Below are positions 8,690 to 17,720 of a stretch of DNA of 52,837 nt, in pieces (positions within the stretch are counted from its first letter, which is position 1; each line of letters begins with the position of its first letter). The translations under genes and the position numbers were made by a program. Under the pieces are notes generated by a model. It was not told the origin of the DNA, did no database searches, and saw nothing but the letters and a program-made list of their open reading frames with translations. The stretch comes from Methanotrichaceae archaeon (GTDB lineage Archaea; Halobacteriota; Methanosarcinia; Methanotrichales; Methanotrichaceae): NCBI GenBank assembly GCA_963803145.1, contig CAWDLW010000034.1, positions 1 through 52,837 on the forward strand, given 5' to 3'.

Positions 8690-9039
8690 TATGCTTCCAC
8701 CAGCCTTCCTTCTTTTTGTAGCTCTTCGGTTATCTTCATCACAAGGTCAAAATCAAGCTCAAGGTCCATGGAAGCCTCATCAGGATAGGATTCGCCCCGA
8801 CTCTTGAAGTAGCCCAATATCTCTTTCTTTGCAGTCTCATAGTCGACATCCCTGCATTTGATGACTTTGATCTCAGATAACCGATGCCTGATTGCATCTC
8901 TCACAAAATCAGACTCGTTCAGATAAACGCCGGCTTCTATCAGCGCCCGGATCTGCGCGGCCTCGGCGGCTGCAATCTTGGCTCCTATTGATACAGAAGA
9001 CGGCTGAGTAGTCTCTTTACTTGCAGCACCTACACTCAT
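8689..9039 (-). CDS. Ribbon-helix-helix (CopG/ParD-like) protein with C-terminal helical domain
   Basis: LIEAGVYLNESDFVRDAIR RHH signature. Confidence 0.75.
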   Translation of the reverse strand: MSVGAASKETTQPSSVSIGAKIAAAEAAQIRALIEAGVYLNESDFVRDAIRHRLSEIKVIKCRDVDYETAKKEILGYFKSRGESYPDEASMDLELDFDLVMKITEELQKEGRLVEA

Positions 9040-9194
9040 GGTTTCCTATAGTACACCATAGTTAAAAAATGCATCGTGTTGATAGTCACTTGCGCCCAGT
9101 ACGCCTGGATTCTGTCTGGGCATGCTATTGCCATCTTCAAAGTATACCCCAATTCAAACGCTTGCTATCTTTGCGGTCATGAATTCATCATTCA

Positions 9195-9533
9195 GTACAG
9201 TCAAGACAACAAAACGAAGAGACAATCAATCAACCTGTGGCCTCTCAATGCGTGAACCATCCCGGAGGGCGTTAGCCCGTCGCGGCGACTGAGCGACAGC
9301 TCCGTAAACAGCTAGCGCGGGAGCGAAGCGACTCGCGGGCGCCCCGAAATTAGGTCGGTGTAAAGTTGACTAAGACTTAAGGCTATATGGTCCGAAGCTC
9401 TTCCTGGAAGATCTCCCTAGCAGGTCATAGATCTGGTCACCCAGAAGTCCATACGGCCATGACAAAAAGAGCGCATCAAGAGTGAGGCATAATATGTCCA
9501 GGGACTATCTGCTCTTCATTGAGGACATGCAAG
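9195..9533 (+). repeat. ~340-bp diverged direct repeat, right copy (MNT/HEPN remnant further decayed)
   Basis: Aligns with 5132-5476; MSRDYLLFIEDM from 9494. Confidence 0.9.
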
Positions 9534-9572
9534 TGGAGAACATTTTTATCCACACCAGCATCTGTCAGAAGC

Positions 9573-10241
9573 ATGATACTCGTCTATTCCTTAGGCGGCT
9601 CTATCCTTGCCGGCCGTGATCCCGCAAGCCTGCGAAAATATGCTAGCGCACTTTTGGATCTTGCAAAGAAGCATAGGATCTATGTTGTAGTGGGCGGCGG
9701 GAAAATTGCACGAGAGTACATCGAAAAGGCGCGTGCCTTAGGTGCAAGCGAGGCATTCTGCGATCAGATCGGTATCGAGGCTACACAGCTCAATGCTGCT
9801 CTGCTGGTTGCAGCCTTGGGTGATGCTGCACCCGAAAATATTCCCTGCACCTACTCAGAGGCTGCAGAGAGCAACCACAGGATAGTTGTGATGGGGGGAG
9901 TGAGCCCCGGCCAAACGACTGATGCCGTATCCGCAATACTTGCAGAACGCGTGCACGCCGACCGCCTCGTAATCGCGACATCCGTAGAGGGAATTTATAC
10001 CGCAGATCCTGAAATAGATCCTTCGGCAAAGATGATTGACGTGATGACTCCAAAAGAGCTTGTTAGCCTCGCAATGGAGACGGAGATGAAAGCAGGCTCA
10101 AGGTCTCCCGTGGACCCGTTGGCCGCAAAAATAATTGAAAGAAGCTCAATACCGACAGCCATTGTTCACGGCCGCGATATAGAAAATCTAAGAAAAGGTG
10201 CCCTCGGTGGACACAAAGGCACCGAGATCAGGTCGGAGTAA
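9573..10241 (+). CDS. pyrH: UMP kinase
   Basis: SLGGS, VVVGGGKIAR, PGQTTD, GIYTADP; start reassigned to ATG 9573. Confidence 0.95.
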   Translation: MILVYSLGGSILAGRDPASLRKYASALLDLAKKHRIYVVVGGGKIAREYIEKARALGASEAFCDQIGIEATQLNAALLVAALGDAAPENIPCTYSEAAESNHRIVVMGGVSPGQTTDAVSAILAERVHADRLVIATSVEGIYTADPEIDPSAKMIDVMTPKELVSLAMETEMKAGSRSPVDPLAAKIIERSSIPTAIVHGRDIENLRKGALGGHKGTEIRSE

Positions 10242-11109
10242 GCGACCTGATAAGATCTCCGGCTGAGACTATCCCCCAGAGAACGCCATTCTCTGCGATA
10301 ACGAGCTGGTTTGCTCCAGTCCTGCCGATCATCTTTATGGCCTCGTATATCGGCTCCTCTGAGTCGATGGTCAAGAAGCCGCGGGTCATAAGCTCCTTCA
10401 CCTGAACATCGGTCCTGCCCTCGGCAACTGCCCTTGTTATATCTACCAGGTTGATCAGACCGGGAGAGCTGTTATCGACAAGGGCCTCCTGGACGCCGTT
10501 GTGCAGAAGTATCCTCGATGCCTCCTGTAGCGTTGATGTGGGGCTGATGCGGACTGCACGCCGCGCAATCTTCTTTATGGGAACCTTGGGAACCGAGATC
10601 ATCTCGTTTATCTGAATTATCACCCTGCTCATAGTATCGTCCCTGCCCATGATCTTGCCCCGGATGTAGAGCTTGTTCACCGGCGTTGGACCGACCTCGA
10701 TCTCATCCCCTACGTTAAAGTCCCTGATGTTGCCTATTATGCGTATAACACCGTCGCATTGATGGGAATGCATCACTTTGTTGAAGATAATCTCGCTTGC
10801 AGTAGCGCCCTCAACGAGTACGCCGTTTCTAACGACAGGCACTACTACTACATCTCCGGTAGCATCCAGATTCAATGCCTGATATGCATCTCCTGTGGCC
10901 CTGTAGCCCCCTTTAGGTCCCGGGACACCTTCAACAAGGTTCAACGCCTTCAGGGATTGCATTTGATTCCTTATTGTTCCTGGATTGCGATCTATAAGCT
11001 CTGCGATCTCCTCGCCCTTGACCGCCCTTCCCTCTACGCGGTGAATGTTGATCAATGCGGTTAGTATATCTCTTTGTACAGGTGTCAATTCCATAATTCG
11101 ATCGAACAT
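10228..11109 (-). CDS. wHTH + CBS-domain transcriptional regulator
   Basis: RNPGTIRNQMQSLKALNLVEGVPGPKGGY plus C-terminal CBS pair. Confidence 0.88.
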   Translation of the reverse strand: MFDRIMELTPVQRDILTALINIHRVEGRAVKGEEIAELIDRNPGTIRNQMQSLKALNLVEGVPGPKGGYRATGDAYQALNLDATGDVVVVPVVRNGVLVEGATASEIIFNKVMHSHQCDGVIRIIGNIRDFNVGDEIEVGPTPVNKLYIRGKIMGRDDTMSRVIIQINEMISVPKVPIKKIARRAVRISPTSTLQEASRILLHNGVQEALVDNSSPGLINLVDITRAVAEGRTDVQVKELMTRGFLTIDSEEPIYEAIKMIGRTGANQLVIAENGVLWGIVSAGDLIRSLTPT

Positions 11110-11238
11110 TCTTCATGATTAATGCCCTATATAGATTTATTGATCGTTTCAGAGCGAATAAAAAATTATTTTAGATCGGATCTCTATTGAAACATAGGTT
11201 AAAATAACAATCTATCTCGGATATGGCTTAAAATCTCA

Positions 11239-12321
11239 TTATTCTCGCATTGGACAGGTTTTCTGTCCTTTATAAGGCAGATCGGACATTCGCTTCCAGA
11301 TCTCCGCAATGGGAGTCGCAAATATATTCCCAAATGAGCGGGGCATGCATGCACAGGGGTAGACATCACCTGATGGCGTAATATGCATCCAGGTTCTTCC
11401 CGCGAAGCAGCCGAAGCGCCTAAGTGCATCAGGCACCGAGAAAACCCTCGGCGAGCTGGCAGCGGAGACAAATCTTTGGAGAGCCTGATGATCTTGGGCC
11501 GAAAGAGCAACGCCCTGTTTGCCTGTCCATCTTCCGGTTGGCACAACCTCAAAAAAAGTCAACTCCTGGGCGCCGATCTTGCGAGCGAGGTCATGGAAGC
11601 TCTGGAGGTGATGAATGTTTTCATGCCTTAGAACGACATAAACATCAACAAGAAGGCCTGCTCTGAGAGCAGCATCAGCTGCCTCCATAGCATCCTTGAA
11701 AACCCCTTTGCGCCCGCGCATTGCGTCATGCTCCTCCTGGACAGGAGAATCAAGGCTAACGTTGACTGCATATAGTCCAGCCTTCTTAAGCCGCTCAGCC
11801 AGGACAGATGTAAAGCCTGCACCGGATGTGAATAGCGTTGATATAGCCCTATCATCTACAAAATTCACAAGCTCCGTAAGATCCTTATAAAGCGCTGGCT
11901 CCCCACCATCGAAGATGACAAGGGTCGTTCCCATATCCAATATCTGGGAGATGACATCTTTTACGGTATCCGGCTCAAGCTGGAGCTTGTTTCCGCTATC
12001 AGGAAGAGCGCAATGAACACACCTATTGGGGCACTCTTCCGTTATTGATATTGTGACTTGATCGAGAGTTCTTATGCCGAAGAGCGATTTTATCTGACTG
12101 TTTGCTAAACGGTCGAATGCTTTGCTTGGAACAGGCGGAAGCCATGTAGAGATGCAGAGCTTATCCTCGGCGTAAGCAGGGATCTGGCCATCTATCATCT
12201 CAATTGAGGATTTAACTCCAGGCAACAGAGAAAGAGGGCCCTGTAGGTTAACCCGGATCCGACCATCCAACAGTCGGGCCTTTGCATTAAGCAGAGGATT
12301 GCTATAAAGGGAATATTCCAT
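11239..12321 (-). CDS. Radical SAM protein with SPASM/twitch domain
   Basis: CPNRCVHC, GGEP, GCFAGR...GDVYPC. Confidence 0.9.
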   Translation of the reverse strand: MEYSLYSNPLLNAKARLLDGRIRVNLQGPLSLLPGVKSSIEMIDGQIPAYAEDKLCISTWLPPVPSKAFDRLANSQIKSLFGIRTLDQVTISITEECPNRCVHCALPDSGNKLQLEPDTVKDVISQILDMGTTLVIFDGGEPALYKDLTELVNFVDDRAISTLFTSGAGFTSVLAERLKKAGLYAVNVSLDSPVQEEHDAMRGRKGVFKDAMEAADAALRAGLLVDVYVVLRHENIHHLQSFHDLARKIGAQELTFFEVVPTGRWTGKQGVALSAQDHQALQRFVSAASSPRVFSVPDALRRFGCFAGRTWMHITPSGDVYPCACMPRSFGNIFATPIAEIWKRMSDLPYKGQKTCPMRE

Positions 12322-12323
12322 AT

Positions 12324-12665
12324 TCAGTAAACCTTGTCGGGTTCAAATACCTTCTCGCCAACGATCTTGCCATCTACTGTGCGATAGAAGCAGGATCTAT
12401 AGCCTGTATGGCAGGCCCCGCCTTCCTGTTCTATCAGAAGCAATATTGCGTCATAATCGCAGTCAATGCGTATCTCCTTCACGAGCTGGAAATGCCCTGA
12501 TGACTCGCCCTTGAGCCACAGCTTCTTCCTCGATCTTGACCAGTAATGGGCTTTCCCCGTCTCCCTGGTCTTTGCCAATGCCTCATCGTTCATATAGGCG
12601 AGCATGAGCACCTCGCCAGTCTTCCAGTCCTGGGCGATGGCTGGAATCAGCCTCTCATCCTGCAT
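12324..12665 (-). CDS. hisI: Phosphoribosyl-AMP cyclohydrolase
   Basis: [25 protein letters not shown]; start reassigned to 12665. Confidence 0.95.
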   Translation of the reverse strand: MQDERLIPAIAQDWKTGEVLMLAYMNDEALAKTRETGKAHYWSRSRKKLWLKGESSGHFQLVKEIRIDCDYDAILLLIEQEGGACHTGYRSCFYRTVDGKIVGEKVFEPDKVY

Positions 12666-12711
12666 GGGCAATGATAGCGGATATATCCTATAAAGGTCTA
12701 ACCAAAGAAGG

Positions 12712-13881
12712 ATGATATGTGTGAGCTGCAAAGGCCGCGGCCTCTGCGGCAGGCCAGTTTGTCCGATTATCAAAAGATTCGAGAAGATATCAGCTTTGCC
12801 CAGAATTGGGGAGCGCCTTGAGGGATATTCGCCTCCGGAGGTCTTCGTTGGCAGGCATAACTATCCAATGGTTCGTGCCGGACCAATGATACCTGTCGCC
12901 GGGGTGGAAAAACCATCTCTTGATATGGATATCGGTGAGATAATAACCCTCAGATCATCCATGATCAGGTCTGAAGCCCGGGTTGGAGTGAACGAAGCAA
13001 TTGCACCAGGAAAGATTTTGGAAGCTTGCCAGCAGGTAGCAATGTCTTCTGTGCCTGTGGGAACAGAGATCTCTTTTCTCAAACCACCTCAAAGAAGGCT
13101 TCAGTTTGATGGAGTTCTTGCACCCTCAGGCCCAACAGGCGAATTGAAAGGAATCGATATAACCACGAACCCTTTTGTGCCGAGAAAAGTAGACCAAATC
13201 GTTGAAGATAACCGTGTGGGTGCAGCCGCTTCTGTAGGCGAGCTTTTCTCCTCCGGCATAGGAACTGATCATATCTCAAGGCTTCTTTCTCTGGGCCTTC
13301 TGGGACGCAAAAGGAAACTTGTGCCGACTAGATGGTCGATTACAGCCTCAGATGATATCATAGGAAAATTGCTTAGAGATTCCATTTCGGATAATCCCAC
13401 TGTGTCTGATTATCTTCTATACTCGGGTGAAGGTCTCGGCAACCATTTCGAGATAATTCTAATGCCCGGGGACTACAACTTCGAGCTTATTGAGATCTGG
13501 ATGTCGGGATCAGTCTGGTCGCAGGAGGGATGGATTGGCTCAGATAGCGAGGATCTGCATGGCAAGAAGGGCTATAGCCAGCTATCAGGCGGCTATTATG
13601 CAGCTCGACTAGCGGTTTTAGAGCATCTTGCAAGAAAGGGCAAGAAGGCTGCAATTCTAGCGATAAGAGAGATCTCTGAGAAGTACTGGGCCCCTCTTGG
13701 CGTCTGGGTTGTAAGGGATGTAGCAAGAGAAGCAATGAATTCTATACCCCAAAGGTTCTCGACTCTTGAGGAGGCTCTTGGTGAGATGAGCAGGAGGATA
13801 AAGACTCCTTCTAATGAATGGAAAAGTTACTCAAAGTCAATATCAGGCACAATTCAGTCTAGACTCTCGAATTACTTCTAA
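12712..13881 (+). CDS. nreA: Nre family DNA repair protein
   Basis: N-terminal CxxC...Cxxxx[13 protein letters not shown]-terminal PIP box QSRLSNYF. Confidence 0.88.
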   Translation: MICVSCKGRGLCGRPVCPIIKRFEKISALPRIGERLEGYSPPEVFVGRHNYPMVRAGPMIPVAGVEKPSLDMDIGEIITLRSSMIRSEARVGVNEAIAPGKILEACQQVAMSSVPVGTEISFLKPPQRRLQFDGVLAPSGPTGELKGIDITTNPFVPRKVDQIVEDNRVGAAASVGELFSSGIGTDHISRLLSLGLLGRKRKLVPTRWSITASDDIIGKLLRDSISDNPTVSDYLLYSGEGLGNHFEIILMPGDYNFELIEIWMSGSVWSQEGWIGSDSEDLHGKKGYSQLSGGYYAARLAVLEHLARKGKKAAILAIREISEKYWAPLGVWVVRDVAREAMNSIPQRFSTLEEALGEMSRRIKTPSNEWKSYSKSISGTIQSRLSNYF

Positions 13882-13960
13882 CTCAACTATCTCATCTTAC
13901 CAAAAAAAGTATATCCAATCATATCATAATAATATGATACTATAAGGAGCACGATTTTAA

Positions 13961-14560
13961 ATGTCTGGTGAAGATGAGCGGTTTCCCACACCTAGAAGAA
14001 GAAGAGGTTACTATCCAACCGATTATGTGGATACGAGCGCTGATGATTGGTTCAGAGGCGGACTCGGGAATATGGTCAGAATGTTCGGATCCGATCTGCC
14101 AAAGGAGTTCGATAAGTTGGCGAGGATTGTGGGTCCTAACCGCGATGTCGGAGAACAGCGAGTGGGACCCTTCGTCTACGGCTTCAGTTATACTTTTGAG
14201 CCTGGCAAGGAGCCGATATTTCAGGAGTTTGGAAATATTAGGCCATCTGATCGCGGCCTAACGCCAGGTGTAGACAGAACTCCGATGATAGATATCATGG
14301 ATAAAGGAGATTTCTACGAGATACTGGTTGAACTGCCGGGGGTTGAGAAGACCAATATCGACCTCGACTTCTTTGAGGATAACTTTGTCGTAGTTACAAG
14401 AGGAGATAGGAGATACCGTGCGCGGAAGATCTTAAGTGTGCCAGTAGATCCGAATACAGCAGATGCAACATATAAGGATGGAGTTCTGCATATAAGGGTA
14501 GAGAAGGCTGAAGAGTATAAGCCCAGCAAGACTATCGGCACAAAGGTCCCGGTAGAATGA
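13961..14560 (+). CDS. Archaeal small heat-shock protein Hsp20
   Basis: GPFVYGFS, ELPGVEK, ATYKDGVL. Confidence 0.9.
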   Translation: MSGEDERFPTPRRRRGYYPTDYVDTSADDWFRGGLGNMVRMFGSDLPKEFDKLARIVGPNRDVGEQRVGPFVYGFSYTFEPGKEPIFQEFGNIRPSDRGLTPGVDRTPMIDIMDKGDFYEILVELPGVEKTNIDLDFFEDNFVVVTRGDRRYRARKILSVPVDPNTADATYKDGVLHIRVEKAEEYKPSKTIGTKVPVE

Positions 14561-14669
14561 TCGCCGTTATCAATAATAATATATTTCCAAATTAAAATTG
14601 ATGACGATCCGATAATTATGGTTGAATAGGTGTAATCCATCGAAGAGTGGTATAAAGGAGTGGTATAAT

Positions 14670-15251
14670 ATGTGGGGAAGAAGACGCCCGTCAATATTTG
14701 ACATATTCGAGAACTTTTTTGGAGGATTTCCATCCTCTCGGGAGGAGGAATCTGGAGAGGATTGGTTTAGAGAGCCATTTGATGAGATGATCCAGAGGTT
14801 CGAGGAGTCGATGCCTTCTGAGTCCGATGAATCCACCGAGGAGAATACGCCTTCGGAAACGACTCGCAGATATGGTCCGTTCGTATATGGTTTCAGCTAT
14901 ACTGCGGAGCCCGGCAAGGAGCCTGTTTTCCAGGAGTTCGGCAATATCCGCCCATCCGATCGAGGCATAGAGCCAAGCGACGAGCGCGAACCATTAGTGG
15001 ATGTCATGGATGAGAAGGACAAGTACAAGATCTTCGTTGAGCTTCCCGGCGTGGATAAGGAGAAGGTCAAGCTTAATGCCGCCGATAGCTGCGTCCAGAT
15101 TAGGACAGAGGATGAGAAGAAATTCCACAAAAAGATTAATCTTGATTCAGAAATCGATCCTGATAGCGCAAAGGCATCATATAAGAACGGAGTCCTGACT
15201 GTTGAAGTTAATAAGAAGGAGATAAAGGGCAAGGAGATCAATATAGAGTAA
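14670..15251 (+). CDS. Archaeal small heat-shock protein Hsp20
   Basis: GPFVYGFS, ELPGVDK, ASYKNGVL; start reassigned to 14670 after AGGAG. Confidence 0.92.
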   Translation: MWGRRRPSIFDIFENFFGGFPSSREEESGEDWFREPFDEMIQRFEESMPSESDESTEENTPSETTRRYGPFVYGFSYTAEPGKEPVFQEFGNIRPSDRGIEPSDEREPLVDVMDEKDKYKIFVELPGVDKEKVKLNAADSCVQIRTEDEKKFHKKINLDSEIDPDSAKASYKNGVLTVEVNKKEIKGKEINIE

Positions 15252-15264
15252 AACCCAAGATTCG

Positions 15265-15305
15265 CTGGCAGGTATGCTGGTGGTTTTCAGCATACTAACT
15301 GCCAG
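15265..15305 (+). terminator. Stem-loop after the hsp20 pair
   Basis: CTGGCAG-GTATGCTG ... CAGCATAC-TAA-CTGCCAG. Confidence 0.5.
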
Positions 15306-15381
15306 AAAATTATGGTACTTCCTTTCTTTTTATATTTATAACGGCAATTGTCAGATTGATTTCCGTTGTTCGGAGATAGCC

Positions 15382-16317
15382 ATGAAGGCGATTAGGATTC
15401 ATGAGTTTGGCGGGCCAGATGTTCTGAAGTATGAGGATATTCCTGAGCCTCGCCCTGGTCAGGGCGAGATTCGCATCCGAGTCGTTGCGGCAGGAGTAAA
15501 CCCCGTCGATTGGAAGATGCGCGAAGGCGTGAGGAAGATCCCATTGCCTATAACGTTGGGTTTGGATGTTGCAGGGGTCGTGGACATCTCAGGAACTGAT
15601 ATGGATTCTTTCCAGCCAGGCGATCGTGTTTTTGCCAAGGCGTCACTACCACACGGCGGGTATGCCGAGTACACTGTGGTCAAGGCCTCACAGGCAGCAG
15701 AAATGCCGAAGAGCATTGGATTTATCGAGGCAGCCGCTGTTCCTACTGCAGGACTTACCGCATGGCAATCGCTCTTCGATATTGCCGGACTGAATGAAGG
15801 GCAGTCTATACTCATCCACGGCGCTGCAGGCGGCGTAGGGAGCTTTGCAGTCCAATTCGCTAAATGGAAGGGTGCCTATGTCATCGGAACAGCTTCCAGC
15901 AGCAATGCTCAGTTCTTGAAGAGCATAGGCGCCGATGAGGTGATAGACTACAAGGCTCAGCGGTTTGAGGACATCGTGCACAATGCGGATGTAGTATTGG
16001 ATACAGTCGACGGGGATACATTTGAACGATCCTGGAATGTGCTTAAACCGGGAGGTTTCCTCGTCACTACAGTTGCAGAGGTTCCTGAGGAGGCTGCTGA
16101 GGCGCATGGCGTTCGTGCAGCACATATGTTGAGCCAGGCTGATGGGCATGAGCTTGCTCAGATAGCATCACTTATCGATGAACGAAGCATCAGGCCGATA
16201 GTTACAACTGTGCTTCCGCTATCCGAAGCCAGAAAGGCACACGAGATGAGCAAAAGCCATCATACTCGCGGGAAAATTGTCTTACGGGTTGCAGAGGATT
16301 TAAAGAAATTTTCATAA
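15382..16317 (+). CDS. NADP-dependent oxidoreductase (MDR/quinone oxidoreductase family)
   Basis: GVNPVDWK, HGAAGGVG, GKIVL; start reassigned to 15382. Confidence 0.92.
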   Translation: MKAIRIHEFGGPDVLKYEDIPEPRPGQGEIRIRVVAAGVNPVDWKMREGVRKIPLPITLGLDVAGVVDISGTDMDSFQPGDRVFAKASLPHGGYAEYTVVKASQAAEMPKSIGFIEAAAVPTAGLTAWQSLFDIAGLNEGQSILIHGAAGGVGSFAVQFAKWKGAYVIGTASSSNAQFLKSIGADEVIDYKAQRFEDIVHNADVVLDTVDGDTFERSWNVLKPGGFLVTTVAEVPEEAAEAHGVRAAHMLSQADGHELAQIASLIDERSIRPIVTTVLPLSEARKAHEMSKSHHTRGKIVLRVAEDLKKFS

Positions 16318-16325
16318 AAAATTTA

Positions 16326-16824
16326 TTAGTTGTAGGGTGGGTAATAATTTCCGTAGTAGCCTGCCGGTGCTACGACTGGCCGCCCAAGCTGTTGGGCCAA
16401 TACCCAGGGATCATCGGAAAGCGACAAGGGCGTTAATGGAGCTGAATTAAATTGGCCTGAATCTGCTGGATTTCTGCCGTAATTCCCATAAGGAGTGGTG
16501 CCATTTACGTAAATCGGCACGCCTTGCGCAAAGTCCCCGAGCCAGTTAGCTGTAAAGTTAACTGTATTCGTAGTGTTGGTCGCATCTACCAGCTTTCCGC
16601 CCACCAGCGTCTTGCCTTTCGGGTGTCCACCCCAACTCCACAGATCATTCTTAAGGTTCTCGTTAGAAGCGCTGATGTTGTTGGTTTTGGGCCTGGAAAC
16701 TGCTTATCCAGGACCTCCCGAAGTCGCCGCCAACGGTCTGGAATTGATTTGATGTCTGGGCAATACAGGGTATCACTAAAAGGGATAATGTGAATACTAT
16801 AATTAACGCTATTGTGAATCGCAT
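16326..16824 (-). pseudogene. Secreted hypothetical protein, frameshifted near 16670-16690
   Basis: Signal peptide MRFTIALIIVFTLSLLVIPCIA...GGDFGRSWI in one frame continues as NDLWSWGGHPKGK...YYPPYN in another; span 499 nt. Confidence 0.65.
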
Positions 16825-17222
16825 ACATACCCCACCAGGCAATAATATTCACCGGAATGATAAAAGCGTTTCCCATAGAGTAGTGTAAGAAGACAAGCTT
16901 AAATAAAGATTAATCTGGGCAAGCAGCTTGCGCTCGCTACCAAAGCTCAGATAAACATGCCGATGATTCTAGGTATCAGGTCTAATATTCCTTCGCCTAA
17001 AGTTTGTGTTATCATTTTCGGCCTAACTACGCGAAGAATCATCGCTCCCAATAAAACAACTGTCAGGAATGCCTTTAGACGCTTCATAATAAACCTCCAA
17101 ATAAGTTTTTAACTATATAGTCATTTACATACTATTTAAAAATTATGAAGCTGGAGTTTTAATAATTGAACGAAGACTCCTTGTCGCCATCTATATCTGC
17201 GCTAAAAATCCCAATAGTCTGC

Positions 17223-17591
17223 ATGCCTAGAGTAATCCATTTCGAGATAAACGCCGATCAGCCAGAGCGTGCAGTTAAATTTTACTCAGAGGTCTTCGGC
17301 TGGAAGATCCAGAACTGGGGAGGCCCTGTTGACTACTGGCTGGCATCCACAGGCGAGCAGGGCCAGCCTGGGATTGATGGAGCAATAACCAGGCGTATGG
17401 AACCAACTGCTACTACAGTCAATACGATCTCTGTTCCATCCCTGGAGGACTTCATGGCCAAAGTGACAGAGAAAGGCGGCAAGGTCATCACGCCCCGGAT
17501 GACTATACCGGGAGTAGGATACTTCGCTTACTGCAAAGATACAGAGGGCAATACCTTCGGTATAATGCAGGAGGACAGCTCTGCTAAATGA
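17223..17591 (+). CDS. VOC/glyoxalase family protein
   Basis: HFEI...FYSEVFGW, DTEGNTFG. Confidence 0.9.
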   Translation: MPRVIHFEINADQPERAVKFYSEVFGWKIQNWGGPVDYWLASTGEQGQPGIDGAITRRMEPTATTVNTISVPSLEDFMAKVTEKGGKVITPRMTIPGVGYFAYCKDTEGNTFGIMQEDSSAK

Positions 17592-17720
17592 GCTTGCCTA
17601 TAGGCATTAATGATAGCATATAAGCCCTTCCAGGGAAGCCTTTTTTCCTTTTCTCATTCTGGGTCTTGCATTAGTTGCTAACGCACTTATCCATAAACTT
17701 ATATATATTGGTCATCGCTC

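Noticed and set aside
4968-9533. Integron attC cassette array
   Set aside because: No convincing RYYYAAC...GTTRRRY-bounded hairpins after each gene and no integrase in the window
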